Source: Peptococcaceae bacterium (GTDB taxonomy: Bacteria > Bacillota > Dehalobacteriia > UBA4068 > UBA4997). From it: DNA of 64,000 nucleotides. Made by a program: the position numbers and the translations under genes. Shown one piece after another: positions 1 through 8,678 of this stretch; positions within the stretch are counted from its first letter, which is position 1; each line of letters opens with the position of its first letter. The stretch covers positions 186,060 through 250,059 of the forward strand of contig JAAWKH010000001.1 in assembly GCA_022797295.1 (NCBI GenBank), written 5' to 3'. The notes under the pieces were generated by a model. The model was given only the letters and a program-made list of their open reading frames with translations, was not told the DNA's origin and ran no database searches.

Positions 1-1412
1 AACAAAATTATCGTAGCACCAAAAATATTTTGGACGCGGCAAACAGCGTTATTGAGCACAACACCCAGCGCAAGCCTAAAGCGCTGTGGACGGACGCGCC
101 GGCGGGCGAACTGATTGAATATCAGGAGCTGCCGGATGATCGGTCGGAGGGTATGTTTGCAGTGGAAACCATTGCTATGATGCGTGAACAAGGCTACGGT
201 TACAAGGATTTTGCGGTGGTTTATCGCACGCACACTCAAGCCCGCGTGTTGGAGGATGCTTTGTTGAAATATGGCTATCCTTATCACATTTATGGTGGCA
301 TGAAGTTTTACGAGCGTAAGGAAATTAAGGACACGCTGGCCTATTTGCGCTTGTTGGTAAACCCAGATGATAACCTGAGCTTGGGCCGGATTATCAATGA
401 GCCTAAGCGTAGCATTGGCGTGGGCAGTTATCAGAAATTGGAGGATGGCGCAGCCCAGCTGGGGCTTTCTGTCTATCGGGTACTGTCAATGCCGGAAGTT
501 CTGCAAAACCTTTCGCCTACAGCGCAAAAAAGCGTAGGGCGTTTTGTGACCCTGATTACGCATTTGCGCAGTCTGGTACATGAGGTGGAAATTCCTGAGC
601 TACTGGACGCGCTTTGGTCGGAAACTGGCTATTTTGATTATCTGGAAAAGCAGGATCCAACCTCGGCCGAATCACGTATTGAAAACCTGAAGGAATTTGC
701 GGCTTCAGCAGTTGAATTTATGGAAAATATGGCTGAGGCGCAGCAAATGGCTGGGGAAGATGAGTTTGATGATGCGGACGATAATTCGCCAACCTTGGAA
801 AACTTTTTGGCGCGCATTGCTTTGATTACTGATACGGACAGCTATGACAGCGAAGATGGCAGCATTACATTGCTGACTATGCACGCTGCTAAGGGTTTGG
901 AGTTTCCGGTTGTATTTATGGTGGGTTTGGAAGAGAAAATTTTCCCGCACGCCAGGGCGCTTACTGATGAAGATGATATGGAGGAAGAGCGTCGTCTGTG
1001 TTATGTGGCGATGACCCGTGCCAAGGAACGTTTGATTATTACTAGGGCTATTCGTCGCAATCTGTTTGGACAATATGTCAACCTACCGCCTAGCCGTTTT
1101 GTGGGAGAAATTCCACCAGAGCTTTTGAATATGCACACATTAAGCTACCGGCGGCCGGAGCTTAAACGTGAACCGGCACCGCCGGCCACCTCATTGTTTG
1201 TCAGCCGGGCCAAGCGTACTTTTGAGCCACAGCCAGAGTCTAAAACTCAACTTATTAATATCGGCGACAAGGTTCAGCATACCAAATTTGGCTTGGGCGT
1301 GGTGGTGAAAATTGAAGGCAGCGGCGAGGAAGCCTCGCTTTCCATTGCTTTTCCTGGGCAGGGCATTAAGGTGCTGATTCAAAAATATGCTCCGCTAAAG
1401 CTAATGAAATAA
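1..1412 (+). CDS. pcrA: ATP-dependent DNA helicase PcrA/UvrD family, C-terminal part (5' end lies outside window)
   Basis: Frame of ORF 30..1412 is open to position 3 (QNYRSTKNILDAANSV...). C-terminal region (KVQHTKFGLGVVVKIEG...) is typical of PcrA. Confidence 0.8.
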   Translation, partial: QNYRSTKNILDAANSVIEHNTQRKPKALWTDAPAGELIEYQELPDDRSEGMFAVETIAMMREQGYGYKDFAVVYRTHTQARVLEDALLKYGYPYHIYGGMKFYERKEIKDTLAYLRLLVNPDDNLSLGRIINEPKRSIGVGSYQKLEDGAAQLGLSVYRVLSMPEVLQNLSPTAQKSVGRFVTLITHLRSLVHEVEIPELLDALWSETGYFDYLEKQDPTSAESRIENLKEFAASAVEFMENMAEAQQMAGEDEFDDADDNSPTLENFLARIALITDTDSYDSEDGSITLLTMHAAKGLEFPVVFMVGLEEKIFPHARALTDEDDMEEERRLCYVAMTRAKERLIITRAIRRNLFGQYVNLPPSRFVGEIPPELLNMHTLSYRRPELKREPAPPATSLFVSRAKRTFEPQPESKTQLINIGDKVQHTKFGLGVVVKIEGSGEEASLSIAFPGQGIKVLIQKYAPLKLMK

Positions 1413-1447
1413 AGCTGATAAAATGATTGCTGAGGGCAGATGTTTTT

Positions 1448-1891
1448 ATGGAATATCAAGAGGTTAAGCAGGATTTGTTCACGGCGCCGTCAGATTATTA
1501 TTTGGCCCATTGTATCAGTGCGGATTTTGCTATGGGTAAGGGAATTGCCGTGCAATTTAATCAGCATTTTGATATGCGAAACAAATTGCAAGCGGCCTTT
1601 CCTGGTTATTTGGCAACTTGGCAGGCGCAAGGGCGCAGTTTTGACTGTCTGTTGCAGGGTCGGGTTTTTAATTTGATAACCAAGGAAAGATATTATCATA
1701 AACCGACTTATCAAAGCTTGCAAGGCGCATTGGAGATAATGCGCGATTTATGTCGCCAGCGGCAAATTCAACATTTGGCGATGCCACTGATTGGTTGTGG
1801 TTTGGATAAATTGCAATGGTCACAGGTTTCAGCCATCGTTCAGCAGGTTTTTGCAGCGGACGAGGGGCAAATTCTGGTTTGTATAAAATAA
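1448..1891 (+). CDS. macro domain (ADP-ribose binding/processing) protein
   Basis: Macro-domain-like motifs (HCISADFAMGKGIA, AMPLIGCGLDKL). ATG at 1448 in frame with the ORF 1427 alt start; GAGGG lies upstream. Confidence 0.5.
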   Translation: MEYQEVKQDLFTAPSDYYLAHCISADFAMGKGIAVQFNQHFDMRNKLQAAFPGYLATWQAQGRSFDCLLQGRVFNLITKERYYHKPTYQSLQGALEIMRDLCRQRQIQHLAMPLIGCGLDKLQWSQVSAIVQQVFAADEGQILVCIK

Positions 1892-1960
1892 AGATATTAA
1901 GCATTTTTGCGGCGTACTTTTCATATGCCTAAGTAATAAGGCATAGGAGGTGCGCCGTTT

Positions 1961-2545
1961 TTGGTTAATTTGATTTGGTTTTTGTTGCTGTTGGCTGGTT
2001 TTGCAGCGGCCGCTTGGCAGGGTAATATTGGTTTGGTGACGCAGGCGGCCTTTGCTGGGGCTAACAAAAGCGTGAGTTTAATCATCTCGCTAGCCGGGGT
2101 GTTGATGCTGTGGTTGGGAGTTTTGGCATTGCTGGAGCAAAGCGGGCTGCTGGCTAAGCTGGGCCGCTTTTTTGCTCCCCTGCTGCACCGGCTTTTTCCA
2201 GAACTGCCGGCAGATAGCCCGGCTTTTTCTGGCATTGTGTTAAACTTTTGCGCCAATCTTCTGGGCTTGGGCAATGCGGCCACTCCCTTTGGTTTGCAGG
2301 CTATGCAGGAGCTACAACGGCTTAATCCCCGGCCGGACACGGCTAGCAATAGTATGATAACCTTGCTTTTGCTGAACACCAGCGCCGTCACCTTACTGCC
2401 AACTACGGTAATTGCTTTGCGCAGTAGTGCTGGTTCTGCTAACCCAGCGGAAATTGTAGGCCTGTGTATTTTATCCTCTGCTTTTGGTTTAGCAGTGGGG
2501 TTGTTGGCGCACACATTATGCCGACGGCTGGGCAGGGGGCGTTAA
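1961..2545 (+). CDS. spmA: spore maturation protein A (nucleoside-recognition/Gate domain membrane protein)
   Basis: Hydrophobic SpmA-like sequence. TTG start at 1961 with GGAGGTG 8 nt upstream. Directly followed by the spmB-like gene. Confidence 0.7.
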   Translation: MVNLIWFLLLLAGFAAAAWQGNIGLVTQAAFAGANKSVSLIISLAGVLMLWLGVLALLEQSGLLAKLGRFFAPLLHRLFPELPADSPAFSGIVLNFCANLLGLGNAATPFGLQAMQELQRLNPRPDTASNSMITLLLLNTSAVTLLPTTVIALRSSAGSANPAEIVGLCILSSAFGLAVGLLAHTLCRRLGRGR

Positions 2546-2546
2546 A

Positions 2547-3080
2547 ATGGCGGAAATTGTTTTAGAGCTTTCACAGTGGGCTATTCCTCTGTTTTTGATA
2601 TTAGCGCCTTTGTATGCATTGTTTAAGGGTGTGGATGTTTACAATGTTTTTTGCGAAGGGGCGGCTAAAGGTTTTGCTTTGCTGGTGCAAATTTTGCCTT
2701 TCCTGCTTGGTATGTTGATAGCGATAGAGGTTTTCAGCGTCAGTGGGGCTATGCAGCTGGTTTTGGGTTGGCTGGAGCCTTGGGCTAATCGCTTGGGATT
2801 ACCGCCGGATATTCTGCCCTTGGCTGTGCTGCGTTCTCTTTCCGGCAGCGGCGCTCTGGCATTATGTTCGCAAATTTTGGAAACACACGGGCCCGATAGT
2901 TTTGTTGGTCGCTTGGCTACCACTATGCAGGGCAGTACGGACACTACCTTTTATGTGCTGACGGTGTATTTTGGTTCAGTGGGCGTTTTGCGTTATCGTC
3001 ACGCGTTGGCAGTTGGTTTGCTGGCTGATTTGGCGGCTTTTGCGGCGGCATTTTGGCTTTGTTCAATGGTTTGGGGTTAA
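2547..3080 (+). CDS. spmB: spore maturation protein B
   Basis: SpmB-like membrane protein, translationally coupled to spmA. Confidence 0.7.
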   Translation: MAEIVLELSQWAIPLFLILAPLYALFKGVDVYNVFCEGAAKGFALLVQILPFLLGMLIAIEVFSVSGAMQLVLGWLEPWANRLGLPPDILPLAVLRSLSGSGALALCSQILETHGPDSFVGRLATTMQGSTDTTFYVLTVYFGSVGVLRYRHALAVGLLADLAAFAAAFWLCSMVWG

Positions 3081-3103
3081 TAAATGTTTCTGAAAAATAA
3101 ACG

Positions 3104-3132
3104 TTGCTTTAACGGCTTTTTTTTGTTATAAT
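3104..3132 (+). promoter_or_regulatory. sigma-A type promoter (TTGCTT-17-TATAAT with TG extension) for gene 3167..3604
   Basis: -35 at 3104-3109, 17-nt spacer, -10 TATAAT at 3127-3132 preceded by TG. Confidence 0.55.
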
Positions 3133-3166
3133 TGGGATAGATAAATTAAAATGAGGAGGTCAGGCT

Positions 3167-3604
3167 ATGACGATTACGGAAATGGTGCAAAATCAGCAGC
3201 AGCAAAGAGGCCGCGAGCTTGCTCAAAAGCAGTCTGGTAAACCGCATGTGAATCCTTATGGAACGCCGGGTATGAGCTTGAACAATGCTGGTGACTTCCG
3301 AAAGACTGTCGCCGTGGATGAAAATGTGGTGCAGCAGGTTAAACAAATTGCTTTTGATCATATGAAAAATGGTTATGGAATGAGCAATGGTGAGGATATT
3401 AGCCAGGTTATTAAAAACTATGTGCTGTCTATTGAGCCGGAGCAGCGTTTGAGCGCCTCCTGGACCTTAAATGAAATTTTTCACAAAGAGGCTGTTCGAT
3501 TGGGCGATTTTGTGCAGCAGCAAAATCCTGGCTGGAATTGGGGCGAAGCCTTTGATACCAGCATTTTAGATAACTATCAGCAGGGCTTTAATATTAAAAT
3601 ATAA
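3167..3604 (+). CDS. hypothetical protein (Gln-rich N-terminus)
   Basis: ATG preceded by AGGAGG at optimal spacing and a strong promoter. No recognisable domain. Confidence 0.5.
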   Translation: MTITEMVQNQQQQRGRELAQKQSGKPHVNPYGTPGMSLNNAGDFRKTVAVDENVVQQVKQIAFDHMKNGYGMSNGEDISQVIKNYVLSIEPEQRLSASWTLNEIFHKEAVRLGDFVQQQNPGWNWGEAFDTSILDNYQQGFNIKI

Positions 3605-3618
3605 TTGCGGATAAAGAA

Positions 3619-4338
3619 ATGCAGGAAAGATTACAGAAAATTTTGGCGCAGCATAATGTGGCCTCTCGTCGGGCGGCGGAACAGTTGATTTTAGCTGGTC
3701 GAGTTCTGCTAAATGGCCAGGTGGCGCAGTTGGGCGATAAGGCGGACGCAGTTGAGGATGAAATTTTGCTGGATGGCAAGCCGTTGCCGCCTTTGGCTGG
3801 TTTACGCTATTTTTTGCTTTACAAGCCGGCAGGCTATATCACTAGCGCGCACGATGAAAGAGGCCGCCGCACAGTGTTGGATTTGCTGCCTGTAGACGGC
3901 GAGCGTTTATATCCGGTGGGCCGTTTGGATTATGCAACCTCCGGTGTGTTGTTGCTGACAAATGACGGAGAGCTGACTCAGGCCTTGTTGCATCCTAAGG
4001 GAGAGATTACGAAAGTTTACCAATGTGCGGTAAAGGGTGCGCTTACGATAGAAAAATTGCGCCAGCTTGAGCAAGGCGTTTTGCTTGACGATGGTTGGAC
4101 GGCCCCTGCCAAGGCCTGCCGACTGAAAGAAAATGTGCTGGAGTTGGCTATTCATGAGGGGCGTAACCGTCAGGTACGCCGGATGATGGCCGCTTTGGGT
4201 TTGGAGGTTATTTGGCTGAAAAGGGTTAGTTTTGCCGGCTTAACCTTGCAGGGATTGAGGCCTGGCCAGTGGCGAGAGTTAACCGCGCCAGAGTTGGACA
4301 GGCTGCTCCGGCTAAAGGCGTGTGGACAAAATATATAA
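3619..4338 (+). CDS. rluB: rRNA pseudouridine synthase (S4 + RsuA/RluB family)
   Basis: N-terminal S4 domain and VGRLDYATSGVLLLTNDGEL catalytic motif. Confidence 0.8.
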   Translation: MQERLQKILAQHNVASRRAAEQLILAGRVLLNGQVAQLGDKADAVEDEILLDGKPLPPLAGLRYFLLYKPAGYITSAHDERGRRTVLDLLPVDGERLYPVGRLDYATSGVLLLTNDGELTQALLHPKGEITKVYQCAVKGALTIEKLRQLEQGVLLDDGWTAPAKACRLKENVLELAIHEGRNRQVRRMMAALGLEVIWLKRVSFAGLTLQGLRPGQWRELTAPELDRLLRLKACGQNI

Positions 4339-4372
4339 AAACATATAATAAACAAGATGGAGGCGAGGGACG

Positions 4373-4870
4373 ATGACAGAAATTAAAAGAAAAGGCGAAA
4401 ACACTGAGGAAAGAATGGAAATGGCCTATGAGGGCGCTCGTGGCTATTTTCGGCAGGGCTTAAACTGTGCAGAGTGTGTGCTTAAAGCTTTTATGGAGGT
4501 TTATGATACCGGCTTGCCTGCAGAAAGCGTGGCGATGGCCACTGGTTTTGGCGCTGGATTGGGGCACACCAAGGAGGGTGTTTGCGGAGCCATCTCTGGT
4601 GCGGTTATGGCTTTAGGCACTGTTAAGGGCCGTCGGAACCCAATGGAGGGCGAGGATATGGCGGAGCGAGTGGCTAAGCTCCAGCAGGAAATTTATCCGC
4701 TGTTTGGCGATTTGGTGCGGGAAATTCAAGCGGCCAATAATGGTTGTTTGCTATGCAAGGATTTGGTGGCGCCTTTTGAGGATTTCAACGATAAACCGCG
4801 CAAAAAATTCTGTATGCAGATGATTGCTGAATGTGCCAAGATGGCAGCTAAGCATGCAGATAAGGAATAA
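4373..4870 (+). CDS. C_GCAxxG_C_C family redox protein
   Basis: CAECVLKAF and GVCGAISGA motifs characteristic of the C_GCAxxG_C_C family. Confidence 0.6.
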   Translation: MTEIKRKGENTEERMEMAYEGARGYFRQGLNCAECVLKAFMEVYDTGLPAESVAMATGFGAGLGHTKEGVCGAISGAVMALGTVKGRRNPMEGEDMAERVAKLQQEIYPLFGDLVREIQAANNGCLLCKDLVAPFEDFNDKPRKKFCMQMIAECAKMAAKHADKE

Positions 4871-4906
4871 ATAAATTTAAACATATGAAATTGGAGGGCG
4901 AACATT

Positions 4907-5452
4907 ATGGAGGCAGAAAGAACCCGCTTGCAGCAGGGAATGGTTCAGGTTTACACCGGCAATGGCAAAGGCAAAAGCACAGCGGCTTTTGGTTTGGCTT
5001 TGCGGGCAGCCGGCTGCAATATGCATGTGGTGATTATTCAATTTATGAAAGTGAGCGGTCATTATGCCGAGGATGAGGGCATTCGCCGTTTGGGTGAAAC
5101 TGTGGAGCATTATTGCTTTGGTAATCCGGGTTGGGTGAAAAAGGGCGAGGGCAGCGAGGCTGATTATGCCCAGGCCAAGGCTGCTATGGACAAGGCCCGC
5201 GAGGCTTTGCAGGACCCTGACGTGGATATTGTGATTTTGGATGAGATTAACAATGCGCTTTACTTTGAGCTGGTGACAGAGGCTGAGGTTTTGGAGCTGA
5301 TGAAAAACAAGCTGCCTAATATTGAGCTGTTGATGACCGGCCGCAACGCGCCGGACGCGATTATGGAAGCTGCTGATTTGGTGACGGAAATGCGCGAGGT
5401 TAAGCATTACTACACCAAAGGCGTGCCGGTGCGTCGGGGAATTGAGTTTTAA
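4907..5452 (+). CDS. cobO: cob(I)yrinic acid a,c-diamide / cob(I)alamin adenosyltransferase
   Basis: GMVQVYTGNGKGKSTAAFG P-loop region typical of CobO/BtuR. Confidence 0.8.
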   Translation: MEAERTRLQQGMVQVYTGNGKGKSTAAFGLALRAAGCNMHVVIIQFMKVSGHYAEDEGIRRLGETVEHYCFGNPGWVKKGEGSEADYAQAKAAMDKAREALQDPDVDIVILDEINNALYFELVTEAEVLELMKNKLPNIELLMTGRNAPDAIMEAADLVTEMREVKHYYTKGVPVRRGIEF

Positions 5453-6025
5453 ATGCAGCAAAAGACAATGGATGTTCAGTTATATTTTGATACGGAAGAT
5501 TTGGGGCCGCACCGTTCGACCAGCCATCCGCTTTTTCGTCAATATTTTGCAGATGATTTGTATTATGATTGCTGTGATGAGGACGCGCCTTTTGGCAGCG
5601 ATGAGGGAAACGACACTCTGTGGGAGCTTCAGAACATTCTGCGCAAAAAACAGGATGTGAACTTTGCTGATTTTCCCCGCTGGATGATTGAGGACGAATG
5701 GGGGCTGACTTATCTGCCGCCGCAAAGCGGGCAGACTGACGAACAGCTGTTGGAGCTGGCGGCCCAAAGCTATAACGGCCTGCCTGGCGATATGGAGCTG
5801 CTGAACACTGTGCAGGTTATTTTGGCGGCTGCCTTTGGCCAGCTGAAAATCGTCGGACAGCTGGACGAGGCTCTGCAAGCTTTGGCTTTTCTGGCTTTGG
5901 ATCGTTGGGAAAAAATGTACCGACTTTTATATGGCTGGTCTGAGGCGGAGCCGCCATATAATATAAGAATTATGCGGCGTGATTTAACGGTGTATGCAAA
6001 CAGCCGAAAGAGGTTGGAAGAATGA
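5453..6025 (+). CDS. hypothetical protein
   Basis: ORF starts on the cobO stop codon. No recognisable domain. The start may instead be ATG 5468. Confidence 0.4.
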   Translation: MQQKTMDVQLYFDTEDLGPHRSTSHPLFRQYFADDLYYDCCDEDAPFGSDEGNDTLWELQNILRKKQDVNFADFPRWMIEDEWGLTYLPPQSGQTDEQLLELAAQSYNGLPGDMELLNTVQVILAAAFGQLKIVGQLDEALQALAFLALDRWEKMYRLLYGWSEAEPPYNIRIMRRDLTVYANSRKRLEE

Positions 6026-7296
6026 CAAACGTTTTGGTGATTGGCGGCGGCGCTGCCGGTTGCATGGCGGCGATTACAGCAGCCAAGGCGGGTGCGACTG
6101 TGACCCTTTGGGAAAAAAATGACCGCCTGGGCCGTAAACTAGCCATAACCGGCAAAGGCCGCTGCAATGTTACCAATGCTGCTCCGATTAATGAGCTGAT
6201 TGCTAATATCACCGGCAACGGCCGTTTTATGCACAGCGCTTTTGCAGCCTTTGATAATCAGGCTGTGATGGATTTTTTTGAAGGGTTGGGCGTGCCCTTA
6301 AAGGTAGAGCGTGGGCAGCGTGTTTTTCCGCAATCCGATAAAGCGGCTGATGTGATTTCCGCTTTGGAAAGAGAACTGAAACGTTTAAAAGTGGAAGTTT
6401 GCTTCAACACCTCAGCGCGACGATTGCTGTTGGCAGAAACAGCCGAGAGCCGGCAGGTGGTTGGTGCAATTTCCTCAGATGGCCGCAAAAAACAGGCAGA
6501 CGCGGTTATTTTAGCAACTGGCGGCGCAACCTATCGGGCAACTGGCAGCAGCGGCGATGGTTATGCTTTGGCAGCAGCGGTTGGGCATCGCATAATTGAG
6601 CCTTTGCCAGCATTGGTTCCGTTGGTAGCTGCTGAACCTTGGGTGGGCGAACTGGCTGGGCTTTCTCTGCGCAATGTGGAATTTAGCCTTTATAAAAATG
6701 GAATGGCAAGCAAAAAAAACTTGCTAGTTAAACTTTTTGGCGAGTTGCTTTTTACTCATTTTGGCCTTTCTGGTCCGGTAGTGTTGACCGCCTCCCGACA
6801 GGCGGCGCTGTTTTGGCGGGACAATCCAGAGCAGCAGTTGCTGGCGCAGCTCAATTTGAAGCCGGCGCTGACGCAGGAGCAACTGAATGCTCGTTTGGAG
6901 CGAGAGTTGGCAGCAGGCCCCAAACGCCATTTACACAATGTTTTGGCGGACTGGTTGCCTAAATCATTAATTTTCCCTTTTTGTCAGCAGGCAGGCTTGC
7001 CGGCAGATAAGCCGCTGAACGCTTTACAACATAAGGAACGGCAGCAACTTCTTCAAACTATTCAGGCTTTGCCGATTAGCTTAATTGGTACTAGGCCGTT
7101 GAATGAGGGTATTGTAACCTGCGGTGGAGTGTGCGTTAAGGAGGTTAATCCCAAAACCTTTGCTTCCAAGCTAGTTGCTGGATTGTTTTTTGTGGGCGAA
7201 CTGTTGGATGTTGACGCGCTGACTGGTGGTTATAATTTACAGATAGCATTCAGCAGTGGGCATGCAGCTGGAATGGCAGCAGCTTTGCCAAGATAA
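6022..7296 (+). CDS. NAD(P)/FAD-dependent oxidoreductase, HI0933/BaiN-like flavoprotein
   Basis: N-terminal VLVIGGGAAGCMAAITAAKAG FAD fold and HI0933-like length. Confidence 0.75.
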   Translation: MTNVLVIGGGAAGCMAAITAAKAGATVTLWEKNDRLGRKLAITGKGRCNVTNAAPINELIANITGNGRFMHSAFAAFDNQAVMDFFEGLGVPLKVERGQRVFPQSDKAADVISALERELKRLKVEVCFNTSARRLLLAETAESRQVVGAISSDGRKKQADAVILATGGATYRATGSSGDGYALAAAVGHRIIEPLPALVPLVAAEPWVGELAGLSLRNVEFSLYKNGMASKKNLLVKLFGELLFTHFGLSGPVVLTASRQAALFWRDNPEQQLLAQLNLKPALTQEQLNARLERELAAGPKRHLHNVLADWLPKSLIFPFCQQAGLPADKPLNALQHKERQQLLQTIQALPISLIGTRPLNEGIVTCGGVCVKEVNPKTFASKLVAGLFFVGELLDVDALTGGYNLQIAFSSGHAAGMAAALPR

Positions 7297-7313
7297 TGCT
7301 AGTTGTTAAATCA

Positions 7314-7356
7314 TAAAAAAACAGGCTGCTTTGAAACATAAGCAGTCTGTTTTTTA
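7314..7356. terminator. bidirectional rho-independent terminator between convergent genes
   Basis: CAGGCTGC...GCAGTCTG stem (one G-U wobble) flanked by an A-run on one side and a T-run on the other. Confidence 0.7.
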
Positions 7357-7371
7357 TGATTGTTATATTTT

Positions 7372-7638
7372 TTATTCAGCAGTGTAGGGCAGCAAAGCCA
7401 CGATGCGGCTGCGCTTGATAGCGTCAGTCAGCATACGCTGATGCTTGGCGCAGTTGCCAGAAACACGGCGGGGTAAAATCTTACCACGCTCAGTGATATA
7501 GTTGCGCAGGCGTGCAGTGTCTTTGTAGTCAATATACTGCGCTTTGTCAACGCAGAAGCGGCAAACACGACGACGGCTGCGGCGGCCACGATTGCCACGG
7601 AAAGGACGTCTTTCCTCCCTAGCTTTTTCTTCAGCCAT
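7372..7638 (-). CDS. rpsR: 30S ribosomal protein S18
   Basis: Typical S18 sequence (RRRVCRFC..., YKD...[16 protein letters not shown]). Confidence 0.9.
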   Translation of the reverse strand: MAEEKAREERRPFRGNRGRRSRRRVCRFCVDKAQYIDYKDTARLRNYITERGKILPRRVSGNCAKHQRMLTDAIKRSRIVALLPYTAE

Positions 7639-7693
7639 GGGTCTTTCCTCCTTATATTATTGCAGTTAGCTGCAAAGTTTTCAATTAAATTTG

Positions 7694-8128
7694 TTAAAAC
7701 GGTAAATCATCGCTGGTGAGAGGCGCTGTGTTTTCAAAACTGTTGATGGCGCCCAGGTTAGGGGATTCATAGCCAGTGTTATTGCTGTTGCTGGAGGCAT
7801 TGCCCTCGTTGCGAGAGGACAAAAAGCGCACATTGTCCGCGATAACTTCAGTTACATAACGACGTTGACCGTCATTGCCATCATAGGAACGAATTTGCAG
7901 GCGGCCATCCACTGCGGCCAGTCGGCCTTTAGCCAAATACTGAGCGCAGTTTTCACCTTGTTTGTTCCAAACTACGATATTAATAAAATCCGTTTCCCGA
8001 TTGCCTTCCTGGTTGGTGAAAGGTCTATCCACAGCCAGGGTGAAAGAACAAACGGCGTGGCCGTTTGGCGTAAAACGCAGTTCAGGGTCTCGGGTTAATC
8101 TGCCGATTAAAACAATTCGGTTTAACAT
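7694..8128 (-). CDS. ssb: single-stranded DNA-binding protein
   Basis: OB-fold SSB sequence with acidic C-terminal tail ending DDLPF. Confidence 0.9.
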   Translation of the reverse strand: MLNRIVLIGRLTRDPELRFTPNGHAVCSFTLAVDRPFTNQEGNRETDFINIVVWNKQGENCAQYLAKGRLAAVDGRLQIRSYDGNDGQRRYVTEVIADNVRFLSSRNEGNASSNSNNTGYESPNLGAINSFENTAPLTSDDLPF

Positions 8129-8140
8129 AAATCACACCTC

Positions 8141-8428
8141 TTATTCAGGCAAACGAGTGACAAGATAACGCAGAACGCTATCTGCAATTCGGAAATTACG
8201 CTCCAGTTCTTGCGGTAATTCCGGCTCAGCTTTAAAGGTTACCAAAACATAGTAGCCTTCGCGAAGTTTCTCGATTTCATAGGCAAGCTTTCTTTTGCCC
8301 CAAATATCGGTTTTCACAACTTCGCCGCCATTTGCCTGAATCAATGCGTTGAACTTTTCCACAGCAGCAGTATATTCCTCCTCGGTCATTTCCGGGCGCA
8401 GAATATATAAAGCCTCGTAATCACGCAT
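8141..8428 (-). CDS. rpsF: 30S ribosomal protein S6
   Basis: Typical S6 sequence. First gene of the rpsF-ssb-rpsR operon. Confidence 0.9.
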   Translation of the reverse strand: MRDYEALYILRPEMTEEEYTAAVEKFNALIQANGGEVVKTDIWGKRKLAYEIEKLREGYYVLVTFKAEPELPQELERNFRIADSVLRYLVTRLPE

Positions 8429-8564
8429 GTCAGCACCTCCCTTCGGACTTCTGGCTGTTTCAGATTAAACTAAAACAGCAGGGATAATTTCACTCGGTGA
8501 GCCGTTTTTTTAAGCTTTTACAGCCCATCTTTTATATTATAGCAGATGTTTTTGCCAAAAACAA
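8429..8564 (-). promoter_or_regulatory. rpsF promoter (TTGTTT-17-TGcTATAAT) and ~100-nt structured leader (candidate S6:S18 autoregulatory leader)
   Basis: Minus-strand -35 at 8559-8564 and -10 at 8536-8541 with TG extension. Leader contains the hairpin GCUGUUU...AAACAGC and ends in GGGAGGUG before the ATG. Confidence 0.5.
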
Positions 8565-8598
8565 GCCCCTAAAGGCAAAAATTCTCAGAAAAAAACAC

Positions 8599-8648
8599 TT
8601 GCAAAAAAAACGTATGTTCGTTATAATATTAAAAGAACGATTGTTTGT
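8599..8648 (+). promoter_or_regulatory. sigma-A promoter (TTGCAA-17-TATAAT) with two LexA/Cheo-box-like sites
   Basis: -35 at 8599-8604 and -10 at 8622-8627. AAACGTATGTTCG (8608-8620) sits in the spacer and GAACGATTGTTTG (8635-8647) near +1. Both are 1-2 mismatches from GAAC-N4-GTTC. Confidence 0.6.
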
Positions 8649-8678
8649 GATTTGTTAGGTGCTGGAGAGTGTTGCTTT

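Noticed and set aside
1921-2514. 197-aa minus-strand ORF antisense to spmA
   Set aside because: Ala/Ser/Pro-rich shadow ORF of a GC-rich membrane gene. The plus frame has a TTG start with GGAGGTG RBS and SpmA features. Other large antisense ORFs (4877..5461, 27140..27715, 28663..29268, 54280..54969) were rejected on the same grounds.
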